Shown here piece after piece: positions 56,182 through 64,000 of a stretch of DNA of 64,000 nucleotides. Position numbers and translations under genes: made by a program. Location of the stretch: positions 191,063 through 255,062 of the forward strand of contig VBWE01000001.1 in assembly GCA_006218065.1 (NCBI GenBank), read 5' to 3'. The notes beneath the pieces are model-generated. The model saw only the letters and a list, made by a program, of their open reading frames with translations. It did no database searches and was not told the origin of the DNA. This DNA is from Bacteroidota bacterium. Lineage in GTDB: Bacteria > Bacteroidota > Bacteroidia > Palsa-965. Each line of letters opens with the position of its first letter. Positions within the stretch are counted from its first letter, which is position 1.

Positions 56182-57660
56182 TTATTTTCTCCGCAACAGG
56201 ATGGCCCCGATATCATCATAGCGGGCAACCGTATCTACAGGTCCGTGATTCTCCGGCAACTTATCTGTCGGCTGCAGGTAAAGATACCTGAAGCTCGTAT
56301 CCGTAAAATGTTCCTGCACCTCAGGCGGTATCGGTTCGAAATCACCCCGGAAATGTTCCCAGCTGTGAAAACTCATGGAAGGATAATTCAGCCAGGAACA
56401 ATCTAAACGGATTCCTCCCGTTTCTCCGCGTTTTTTTGATTCATCTGTTAATTTCTGCATCACATCCAGGTTATGCTTATCGCAGGCCCATTCGCGGCAA
56501 TAGAGCAGGTCAAATTTGTCGATAAAGTTCCCCAGCAGGAAAAAGGCAGGCAGCAGCACAAGCGACCATTGCAGTACGCGCCGGTTTTTATTTTGCCCGC
56601 TGAATAACGAATGCAGGCCGAAAACAAGCGGCAGTAACAGCGACAGGTGCACAGGAAGCGCCCCGCGGTAATATGGATATAACACTCCCGCAAAATAATG
56701 CAGGCCAAAAATCAGCAGGTAATAAACTGCGAAAACCAGGAGCAGGACATGCGTGTATGTAAACCGTTTGCTGATTACATCGCGCAGCGCGCCGGCCAGC
56801 ACAAGCAACAACAACAATAGTATTCCTGCTTTTAACGCCAGCTTCAGTCCTTCGGGCAAATACGTGTATTGCGGATCATAATACGCGCTGGTGATTGATT
56901 TTTCAATCGTATCGTGCATGAATCCTACTCTTCCTCCAAAATACAGTTCGTTGCGGGTGGCCAGCAGATCGCTGAATATTTTCAGCCGCATTATCCAGAA
57001 AGTCTGCGGCAGGAAAAGCAGCAGGAGCAAAAGCCAGGGACGAGAATTTTTCCATTGCCCGCGCCACCTGCTCAGCCAGATCGTACCGGTGGCAAGCAGT
57101 ATGCCCGCATGCATCGGGATGAAAGTCAGGTTGGACGTTGATGCAAGACCTCCCGCAGTGACCGAAAGCAGAAGAAACAGGATGTTTTTCGTATTCGTTT
57201 TCGCATCCATTGCCGCTGCGAGCGCCCAGCACGCAAGCATAACGAACCCAAGCGAAAGCCCGTACCCGCGCGCCAGGAAGAAAAAATCATTAAGGTACGG
57301 ATCCGCATTTAAGAATATAAATCCTGCAAGGATGAAAACCGCATTCCGCAAACGAAATAAAAGCAGCGTACCGAAAACCAGCCAGAGTATGTGCGCAAAC
57401 AGGCTGTGCAGGCGCAGGTAAAAAAGATTTCCCGTCCCGAAAACCCTGACTTCCTGCCGCAAAAACCAGGTATTCAGCAGGTGGTTGTTAGCGGTCTCCT
57501 CCAGCACTTTGTTTCCCCCGGCTATTTCGATGCTCGATACTTCATCAAAGGTTACCGGGTAATACGCAGCGCGGTATACGGAAATCGAAAACAGGAGCAA
57601 ACCGAAAACCGCTGAAAAAAAAATTATCCATCGTTTGGTTTTCTGATCCTGCTCCATCAT
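56182..57660 (-). CDS. Polytopic membrane protein, probably a GT-C-type glycosyltransferase (ArnT/PMT-like)
   Basis: About 12 TM helices with large loops. The call rests on architecture only. Confidence 0.4.
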   Translation of the reverse strand: MMEQDQKTKRWIIFFSAVFGLLLFSISVYRAAYYPVTFDEVSSIEIAGGNKVLEETANNHLLNTWFLRQEVRVFGTGNLFYLRLHSLFAHILWLVFGTLLLFRLRNAVFILAGFIFLNADPYLNDFFFLARGYGLSLGFVMLACWALAAAMDAKTNTKNILFLLLSVTAGGLASTSNLTFIPMHAGILLATGTIWLSRWRGQWKNSRPWLLLLLLFLPQTFWIMRLKIFSDLLATRNELYFGGRVGFMHDTIEKSITSAYYDPQYTYLPEGLKLALKAGILLLLLLVLAGALRDVISKRFTYTHVLLLVFAVYYLLIFGLHYFAGVLYPYYRGALPVHLSLLLPLVFGLHSLFSGQNKNRRVLQWSLVLLPAFFLLGNFIDKFDLLYCREWACDKHNLDVMQKLTDESKKRGETGGIRLDCSWLNYPSMSFHSWEHFRGDFEPIPPEVQEHFTDTSFRYLYLQPTDKLPENHGPVDTVARYDDIGAILLRRK

Positions 57661-57792
57661 TATTCCTGCCGGGTTATTTACTGACTACGAATATATCAGG
57701 AAGAACGTAAACTACCGCAGGCCGGAAACCAGGGTCGGCGCGGCATGGTCGAGTGCGGGGTCGTATAAGCAGATTATTCCGGGGAGTCAGTA

Positions 57793-58045
57793 GTCCGGGG
57801 ACTCACCCCCCGGCCCCCTCTCTCCGACGTTGTATGTTTTGTATAAACGAAAGTCGGGGTTGCGACAACGTCGCAAAGAGGGGGAGCCACAACTTATAGT
57901 AAATGGAACTACTGTAATACCTGCGTCAAAGACGCAGGTATTACAGTTTTACGACACCCCCTCCTTTGCGGCTTTGTTTTAAAAGAGCTTTTCTTGTAAA
58001 ACAGAACAAAGCCGGAGAGAGGGGGCCGGGGGGTGAGTCCCCGGA
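57793..58045. mobile_element. 253-bp MITE-like element with perfect 33-bp terminal inverted repeats
   Basis: Left TIR tccggggactcaccccccggccccctctctccg (57793-57825). The right end, cggagagagggggccggggggtgagtccccgga (58013-58045), is its exact reverse complement. Internal hairpins include gtaatacctgcgtcaaagacgcaggtattac. Confidence 0.65.
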
Positions 58046-58065
58046 AAACTATCTATTTTTACCTC

Positions 58066-60360
58066 ATGCCGCGATTTGCCTGGTTTCTGTTTTTCTCCTT
58101 TTTACCCCCACTGCTCGGGGCGCAGCAGAATTTTACCATCAGCGGAACTGTTTTGGATTCCACGAACGGGGAATCGGTGATCGGCGGCGTGGTTTACGTG
58201 AAGGGAACGTCGAAAGGAGTGCAGACAAACGTGTACGGCTTTTATTCGCTCACGCTGGCCGAAGGCAGTTATGATATTATCGTGAATTATGTCACCTACC
58301 GTTCACGTACCCTGCACGTCGATCTGAAAAGTAACGTTACGCTGAACATCCGCCTGGCCCCGGAAGGAACAGCGATCGATGAAGTCGTGATTACTGCGGA
58401 CAAGGACAAAGAGAAAGAACAACTGCGTTCCACACAAATGAGCGCGATCAATATCCCGATCGACCAGATCAAACATATTCCCACCATCGGCGGCGAAACC
58501 GACGTGATCAAAGTGATGCAGCTGATGCCGGGAGTAAAACGCGGAGGTGAAGGTCAGAATACGATGCTCGTGCGCGGCGGTTCGGGAGACGATAACCTGA
58601 TCCTGCTCGATGAAGCGGTAGTGTACAACGTCTCGCATCTTTTCGGTTTTTTCTCCGTCTTCAATAACGATGCGCTGAAAGACGTAACGCTGATCAAAGG
58701 CGGTTTTCCTTCGCAATACGGCGGACGGCTTTCGAGCGTGATGGATATCCGCATGAAGGACGGCGATATGCAGAAATATCACGTGGACGGCGGAATCGGT
58801 TTGCTGTCGTCGCATTTAACCGTGCAGGGCCCGATCAAAAAAGATACCTGTTCGTTTATTCTTTCCGGCCGCCGTTCATATATCGACCAGCTTTTCCGGC
58901 TCGTGTATAAAGAAGACCTGCTTCCGTATTATTTCTACGATGCGACGCTGAAAGTGAATTACATTCTTTCCGACAAGAACCGCCTTTTCCTGAGCACATA
59001 CTACGGCGATGATGTGCTTCGTCCCCCGAAATCCGACAGCGCACTTTTCGACGGCGGTTTCCGGCTCGGGAATTTCACCACCACGCTTCGCTGGAACCAC
59101 GTGTATAATTCGAAACTGTTTTCGAATCTTTCGTTCATCCACACGCGTTTCCGTTACGACGTGGAAGCCAGCGTGCCGGGAAATTCTTTTCTCGCCAAAT
59201 CGCGCATTGCGGATTACGGCGTGAAGCTCGATTACAGCTATTACAAAAACCCGGAAAACCTGGTTCGTTACGGCGGACTGGTTACCCTGCACGGATTCCG
59301 CCCGAACGTGGTGAACACTGCCGGCGTTATTTCCGACGTAATCCGTTCGCGCGAAGGCGCGCTCAAGTCGAACGTCGAAGCCGGTTTATATATCCAGCAC
59401 GAATGGGAAATCCACCCGCTGCTGAAACTCGGCTACGGTTTCCGCGAATCGTTTCTTATCGATTCCGATACGTTTTACACTTCGCCTGAACCGCGCGCCG
59501 CGCTCACGTATAATTTCCACGAAAAACAATCGCTTAAACTGAGCTACGCGCGCATGACGCAATACGTACATCTCGTATCGAGTTCGGCCGTTGCGCTGCC
59601 TACCGATCTCTGGTACCCGGTGACCAAAAATGTAAAACCGCTGTATTCCGACCAGGTGGCGGCAGGTTACAATTACAATTTTGAAAAACTGAAAACGCTC
59701 GCCTCGTTCGAAGTGTATTACAAGCACATGAAAAACCTGATCGAATACCGGGAAGGCGCCGTACTGCTGCTGAACGACAATTACGAAAACGAACTGGTGA
59801 GCGGCAACGGCGATTCTTACGGATGCGAATTGTTTGCGCAGCGTTCTTCAGGCCGTTTTACCGGCTGGATCGGGTACACGCTTTCGTGGACCACGCGTAA
59901 GTTCGATGCGCTCAACGGCGGAAAACGGTACTACGCGAAATTCGACCGGCGTCATGACGTGTCCGTGGTCGGCGCGTATGAAATCACGAAACGCTTTCTG
60001 ATCTCCGCCGTCTGGGTATATTCCACCGGCCAGCGGTTCACGCCGGTGATCGGGTATTACCTGATGCCGAATTCTTCGCTGACCGACGTGGATATCCTGC
60101 CGATATACGGCGACCGCAACAGTACCGAACTTCCGCCCGCGCACCGCCTCGACCTCAGCCTCGTGCTGAAATCGCGCGAGAAAGAAAAACGCAAATGGAT
60201 GAAATGGGAAAGTGAATGGAGCGCGGGTGCGTATAACGTTTATAACCGCGCACAACCGTATCGCATCGAAGTAGTAGACAACGGGCAGGGCGGGCTGAAA
60301 TACGTAGCCAAAGGTTTATTCGGCATGATTCCTTTCATCGCATATAATTTCCGGTTCTGA
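58066..60360 (+). CDS. TonB-dependent outer-membrane receptor with an N-terminal carboxypeptidase-regulatory-like domain
   Basis: Signal peptide. CarbopepD_reg-like region (ISGTVLDSTNGESVIGGVVYV). Plug and barrel. Terminal F (…YNFRF). Confidence 0.8.
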   Translation: MPRFAWFLFFSFLPPLLGAQQNFTISGTVLDSTNGESVIGGVVYVKGTSKGVQTNVYGFYSLTLAEGSYDIIVNYVTYRSRTLHVDLKSNVTLNIRLAPEGTAIDEVVITADKDKEKEQLRSTQMSAINIPIDQIKHIPTIGGETDVIKVMQLMPGVKRGGEGQNTMLVRGGSGDDNLILLDEAVVYNVSHLFGFFSVFNNDALKDVTLIKGGFPSQYGGRLSSVMDIRMKDGDMQKYHVDGGIGLLSSHLTVQGPIKKDTCSFILSGRRSYIDQLFRLVYKEDLLPYYFYDATLKVNYILSDKNRLFLSTYYGDDVLRPPKSDSALFDGGFRLGNFTTTLRWNHVYNSKLFSNLSFIHTRFRYDVEASVPGNSFLAKSRIADYGVKLDYSYYKNPENLVRYGGLVTLHGFRPNVVNTAGVISDVIRSREGALKSNVEAGLYIQHEWEIHPLLKLGYGFRESFLIDSDTFYTSPEPRAALTYNFHEKQSLKLSYARMTQYVHLVSSSAVALPTDLWYPVTKNVKPLYSDQVAAGYNYNFEKLKTLASFEVYYKHMKNLIEYREGAVLLLNDNYENELVSGNGDSYGCELFAQRSSGRFTGWIGYTLSWTTRKFDALNGGKRYYAKFDRRHDVSVVGAYEITKRFLISAVWVYSTGQRFTPVIGYYLMPNSSLTDVDILPIYGDRNSTELPPAHRLDLSLVLKSREKEKRKWMKWESEWSAGAYNVYNRAQPYRIEVVDNGQGGLKYVAKGLFGMIPFIAYNFRF

Positions 60361-60362
60361 TC

Positions 60363-61244
60363 ATGAAAAAAATACCGCTATACGTTTTTCTTTTTGTCCT
60401 CGCCTGCAGCGCCTGGTCCTGCCTGCCGCCGCCGATTGACATCGATGTAAAACCCGCCGATCCGAAAATGGTGATCGCTTCACAGGTGCTCGGGAACCAG
60501 GGACTGATCGTGGGACTCACGCGCAGCTACAGTCCGCTCGACACGTCGGGCAGCAACGACAGCGTTTCCAGCAACCTGCTGAACAGCATCCTGGTGAGTA
60601 ATGCCATTGTTACAGTTTCGTATCTCAGCAGCGTCGATACGTTGTACATGGCTTCGCCCGGATTGTACATTAATCTTTTCGTGCAGTTGTATGATGATGT
60701 TACGTACACGCTCCACGCAAAAGATCCTGCAACCGGGGAAGAAGTCTCGGCGGTAACCACGCTGGAACCGCAGATCACCTTCGATACGGTTTACCCGTTC
60801 ATCGAACGGCTGGCTTCGGATACTTTCGTGCATTTTCATTATACGCTCACCGATTTTCCGAACGACGAAAATTATTATGTCGTCAACTTCGTGAAAAAAG
60901 TGCAGGGCGACAGCACCTTTGATATCGGGACTGTTTTCGCGCAGGGGAATAATCAGCTGCTGACGGAATTCGACCTGCTCGACGACCAGGCTTTCGATGC
61001 GAACGGCAGGCTGACGAAAGATACCTGGGTACGCTCACTGGGGCAGACGGACACTTCCGCCGCAGTTGTTTCGCATATTTCGAAAGGTTATTATGAATTC
61101 CTTACGGCATACAAACGTTCGGGAAGCGTGTTCAACCAGCTCACCGGCGAACCGATCAATTATCCCACCAATGTAAACGGAGGTCACGGCTATTTCACCA
61201 TGCACCGGCAACAGGCTTTTATTTTTGATCTGAACCTGTATTGA
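60363..61244 (+). CDS. DUF4249-family lipoprotein (TonB-dependent-receptor-associated)
   Basis: Lipobox LACSAWSC. Sits immediately downstream of the TonB receptor, as is typical for DUF4249. Confidence 0.6.
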   Translation: MKKIPLYVFLFVLACSAWSCLPPPIDIDVKPADPKMVIASQVLGNQGLIVGLTRSYSPLDTSGSNDSVSSNLLNSILVSNAIVTVSYLSSVDTLYMASPGLYINLFVQLYDDVTYTLHAKDPATGEEVSAVTTLEPQITFDTVYPFIERLASDTFVHFHYTLTDFPNDENYYVVNFVKKVQGDSTFDIGTVFAQGNNQLLTEFDLLDDQAFDANGRLTKDTWVRSLGQTDTSAAVVSHISKGYYEFLTAYKRSGSVFNQLTGEPINYPTNVNGGHGYFTMHRQQAFIFDLNLY

Positions 61245-62148
61245 TCCTGCTGATCCGGAACTTCAGCGTAAGCAGCGGGATATTCCACCAGGAAAAACTG
61301 TGCTCGGCATCGATGGTAAAATCATCCACCGGTTTCAGGTGGAGCGTTTCGCGCAGCGGCAGCATCAGTATTTTGAGTTTCCCGGTTTTCAGCCGGTGAA
61401 CACGATAGTATCCCGGCCCGCCGAATTTACTCCCGCGCGAAACAAAACGGAATGATCCGTCGGGCAAGGCCTGCGGACATAAAATCACGGTAACGCTTCC
61501 CTGCGGCAAAGGGAAAACCGTTTTCACGATTCCGCCGGCATATTGCGGAACTTCTGCCGGCGTATAAAATCCCGCATAAATCACGCGACCCGTCGAAGGC
61601 AACCGCCGCAGCCAGCAGGTGTACAGTTTTTCTCCGCCGGCATCCAGTACCGGGAACAACTCACTGCTCATGCCCTGTTCCGTTTCTTTTTTATCGAGCG
61701 GGAAGCTGAGCTGTTCCACTTTCCGGCTCACGCTTTTCATCAGCAGGGAAACGAATGGCTTGGTGAACGGGTTCCATTTTACAGAAATATCAAATTCGTA
61801 TTGCGCAGTATGTTCGTAAAAATGGTGAATGACCCGGTGTACGCGATTGTCGTCGAAATGCGGTCCGTTCATCAGCGAAAATTTTTTCATCAGCCCGTTG
61901 TCGGGATTTTGCGGAGCGATCTGAAGCGCATTCGCAGCAGCATACCGTTCATGAAAATCGGCGCCGATGCGGTCGCTTGTCCCCACCGGCCCGCTGATCC
62001 AGCCCGCCTGTGCAGGGTCGACCGAACGGCCAAATAAACGTACAAAACCCTGGAGAAAACTGTATGCGATGTTCACGCGGAGGTTGTTATTGTCACTATA
62101 TGCAACAACGGGAATGATCGTTTTGTTTTCGCAGCCCTTGAAATTCAT
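61219..62148 (-). CDS. Hypothetical protein (309 aa)
   Basis: Long ORF convergent with DUF4249. No recognised motif. Confidence 0.4.
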   Translation of the reverse strand: MNFKGCENKTIIPVVAYSDNNNLRVNIAYSFLQGFVRLFGRSVDPAQAGWISGPVGTSDRIGADFHERYAAANALQIAPQNPDNGLMKKFSLMNGPHFDDNRVHRVIHHFYEHTAQYEFDISVKWNPFTKPFVSLLMKSVSRKVEQLSFPLDKKETEQGMSSELFPVLDAGGEKLYTCWLRRLPSTGRVIYAGFYTPAEVPQYAGGIVKTVFPLPQGSVTVILCPQALPDGSFRFVSRGSKFGGPGYYRVHRLKTGKLKILMLPLRETLHLKPVDDFTIDAEHSFSWWNIPLLTLKFRISRINTGSDQK

Positions 62149-62237
62149 TCACAGGAATTAACAAATCGGGCGTGTTTCATTTTGTTCCCGTATATGATCC
62201 TGCTGTATCTTGCCGCAATCAAACCAAAGCACGAATC

Positions 62238-62969
62238 ATGAAAAACATCGCTATCGCCCTGCTGCTTACCTGCAGCACCGGCACAACCTACGCGCAAATA
62301 ACAACGCCACTGCCGCACAGCATTTCGGTCATCGGTACCGCCGAAATGGAAATAATCCCGGATGAAATATACGTTTCCATCTCGATCACGGAATTCACGA
62401 AAGACAAAAAGAAATACCTGGTCGAAGAACTCGAAAAAAGCATGGTGAATTTTATCGAAACCGTGACTGCCACCCCGCGCAAGGAAATCAGCATGGATGA
62501 CCTGGATGCCGACCTGATCGCGCTGAAGCGCAAATCCAAAAAAGACGCCGTGATCACCAAAAGTTACGAAGTGAAATTCAAGGAGCAGAAACAGGTGAGC
62601 AAACTTTTCGCAGCCATGGATTCCCTGAATATTTCATCTGCCTACGTAGTACGTTATTCACACAGCAAGATGGATGAATTCAAAAAACAGATCAAGATCG
62701 ACGCCATCAAAGCTGCCAAAACGAAAGCCGAATACCTGCTCACCGCCATCGGCTCAAGAGCCGGCAAACCATTGAGCGTTGTGGAGCCGAGCGGATTTGT
62801 AACGATTGACGATGGCACGTACAGGCCCTTCCGCGGAAATACTTTTCAGTACAACGGCAGCTACCTGGAAAATAATTCCGATAAAGAAGATATCGGGGGC
62901 GAAAGCAGCATCGGCGGTAAAAAAATCAAGCTGCATTATTCGATCAATGCGGAATTCGAAATCCTTTAG
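62238..62969 (+). CDS. SIMPL-domain (DUF541) periplasmic protein
   Basis: Signal peptide. The SIMPL-family core motif SISVIGTAEMEIIPDEIYVSISI is present. Confidence 0.65.
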   Translation: MKNIAIALLLTCSTGTTYAQITTPLPHSISVIGTAEMEIIPDEIYVSISITEFTKDKKKYLVEELEKSMVNFIETVTATPRKEISMDDLDADLIALKRKSKKDAVITKSYEVKFKEQKQVSKLFAAMDSLNISSAYVVRYSHSKMDEFKKQIKIDAIKAAKTKAEYLLTAIGSRAGKPLSVVEPSGFVTIDDGTYRPFRGNTFQYNGSYLENNSDKEDIGGESSIGGKKIKLHYSINAEFEIL

Positions 62970-62999
62970 GTATCGTATTCCAGAAAATGTTAGTTTTCA

Positions 63000-63044
63000 A
63001 GCAGCAGCGGCAGTCGGCAGCAGCAGGCGACTGCCGCTGCTGCT
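63000..63044 (+). terminator. Stem-loop terminator candidate after the SIMPL gene
   Basis: agcagcagcggcagtcg-gcagcagcag-cgactgccgctgctgct, a perfect 17-bp stem followed by gaatttatt. Confidence 0.45.
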
Positions 63045-63101
63045 GAATTTATTCCGCAGGAATTTTAAACCTCGCTTTCCTTACATTTGCAGGCAACCGC
63101 T

Positions 63102-64000
63102 ATGGTTTTCCTGTACTTTATCCTCGTCCTGATCCTGGGTATGATCGGCTACTTTCTTTACATCCAGGTAAAGGAGAGCCGGCAGAAAGGCTTGCCGTTC
63201 TGGCATTTCGGCGATTATACCGTACTGGCCTGGTCGCTGATCACACTCACGCTGGCATATATTTTTTTTAACGTCGTTTCTTTCGCTCCTTCTTTCAGCG
63301 ATACGGAAAGCGCGATCCGTTACGGCGAAAAAACCGCCCAGCCCTGGATCACCAGCCAGGCTTTCCGCGAAAAGCTGGAACGTGATCCGAACAATATCGA
63401 CAACCATTTCGGCTGGATCAAGGCGCATTTCACGGAGAATTACGAAACGCAGGTAGCCGATGTGCGCACCTTCAACCGCGAAGGCACGGCCATTTTTAAT
63501 TTTTACACCGCGCTTTCGGAAAACGGCATGACGCAGGAAGACCGCGACATGGGCAATCTCGGCCTCGGCCTGTATTACATGTTCCGTGAAAACGAACAAT
63601 TGTACGTCCGCGATTACGGCAATGCCCGGAAATATCTTCTCGCGGTTTCAGATACCAGCCTGAAGTACCTCAACTACGGCCTGGGTGTTTGTCTCTTTTA
63701 TGATTTCGGCTACGAACTGGCCATGCCGCATTTCGAAACCGAACTGAAAAAGAACGGCTACAAAGCAGGCGCCTGGTATTATTTAGGCTGGATTTATTTC
63801 CGCGAAAACCAGGACAATGAACTGCGTAAGCTGGTTTACAACCCGGAAAGCCGCCCCGCACTCGACTTCCACATGAAGCGGGAATATTTTTACCGGCAGG
63901 GCGATTTACTTTCTTTTTACCAGCTTTATTTCACCGAGTATTACCATACGCTGAGTTTTTTCGGCCTGCTGGGCGCGTTTCTCGTGCTGCTCATCTGGCT
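63102..64000 (+). CDS. Membrane protein (partial; runs off the window end) with an N-terminal TM pair and a periplasmic TPR-like region
   Basis: Open frame with no stop from the ATG at 63102 to the window end. Not in the ORF track because it is unterminated. Confidence 0.45.
   Translation, partial: MVFLYFILVLILGMIGYFLYIQVKESRQKGLPFWHFGDYTVLAWSLITLTLAYIFFNVVSFAPSFSDTESAIRYGEKTAQPWITSQAFREKLERDPNNIDNHFGWIKAHFTENYETQVADVRTFNREGTAIFNFYTALSENGMTQEDRDMGNLGLGLYYMFRENEQLYVRDYGNARKYLLAVSDTSLKYLNYGLGVCLFYDFGYELAMPHFETELKKNGYKAGAWYYLGWIYFRENQDNELRKLVYNPESRPALDFHMKREYFYRQGDLLSFYQLYFTEYYHTLSFFGLLGAFLVLLIW

Noticed and set aside
57793-58045. Cobalamin or other riboswitch upstream of the TonB-dependent receptor
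   Set aside because: No B12-box-like consensus was found. Perfect 33-bp terminal inverted repeats argue for a MITE rather than a conserved RNA aptamer.

Overview
This 64 kb window looks like a Bacteroidota chromosomal segment. Supporting signs: about 55% GC, no Shine-Dalgarno-type leaders, TAnnTTTG-like -7 promoter motifs, and T9SS C-terminal sorting domains with SprB-type repeats. Most of it is housekeeping: hemW, an M1 aminopeptidase, biotin carrier protein, Tat-exported SOD with tatA, gatA, an MltD-like transglycosylase, CapA, purN, acpP-fabF-rnc, a two-component pair, msrA, a TonB-dependent receptor with DUF4249, hom, and a sulfur-assimilation/sirohaem operon (sir, cobA, a CysG-N::TauE fusion, cysH) preceded by a tRNA-Cys. 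The best candidate for a distinct system is a three-gene minus-strand operon at 18405-24088: a MukF-like (465 aa), a MukE/JetB-like (229 aa) and a MukB/JetC-like SMC ATPase (1161 aa) with a MukB-type N-terminal Walker A. This is an MksFEB/Wadjet-type condensin module with no JetD/MksG Toprim gene in the window. The window is also rich in structured repeat families that no coding feature explains. These are a 30-bp 'tcgcaaatcggcaatccaaaatcgcaaatc' element (6 copies, mostly as inverted pairs); a duplicated ~110-bp intergenic module bracketing one gene; a 253-bp MITE with perfect 33-bp TIRs; 'cccctctc...gagagggg' palindromes directly upstream of cobA and sir; a triple 32-bp tandem repeat in the sir promoter; and a 135-bp nested palindrome. 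Other points of interest are an RPE-fold::CBS fusion clustered with a DAHPS/KDO8PS-family aldolase and KdsC, a sirohaem-synthase-N::TauE/SafE fusion, and tandem zinc-ribbon membrane paralogs. No CRISPR arrays, rRNAs, integrases or transposases were seen.
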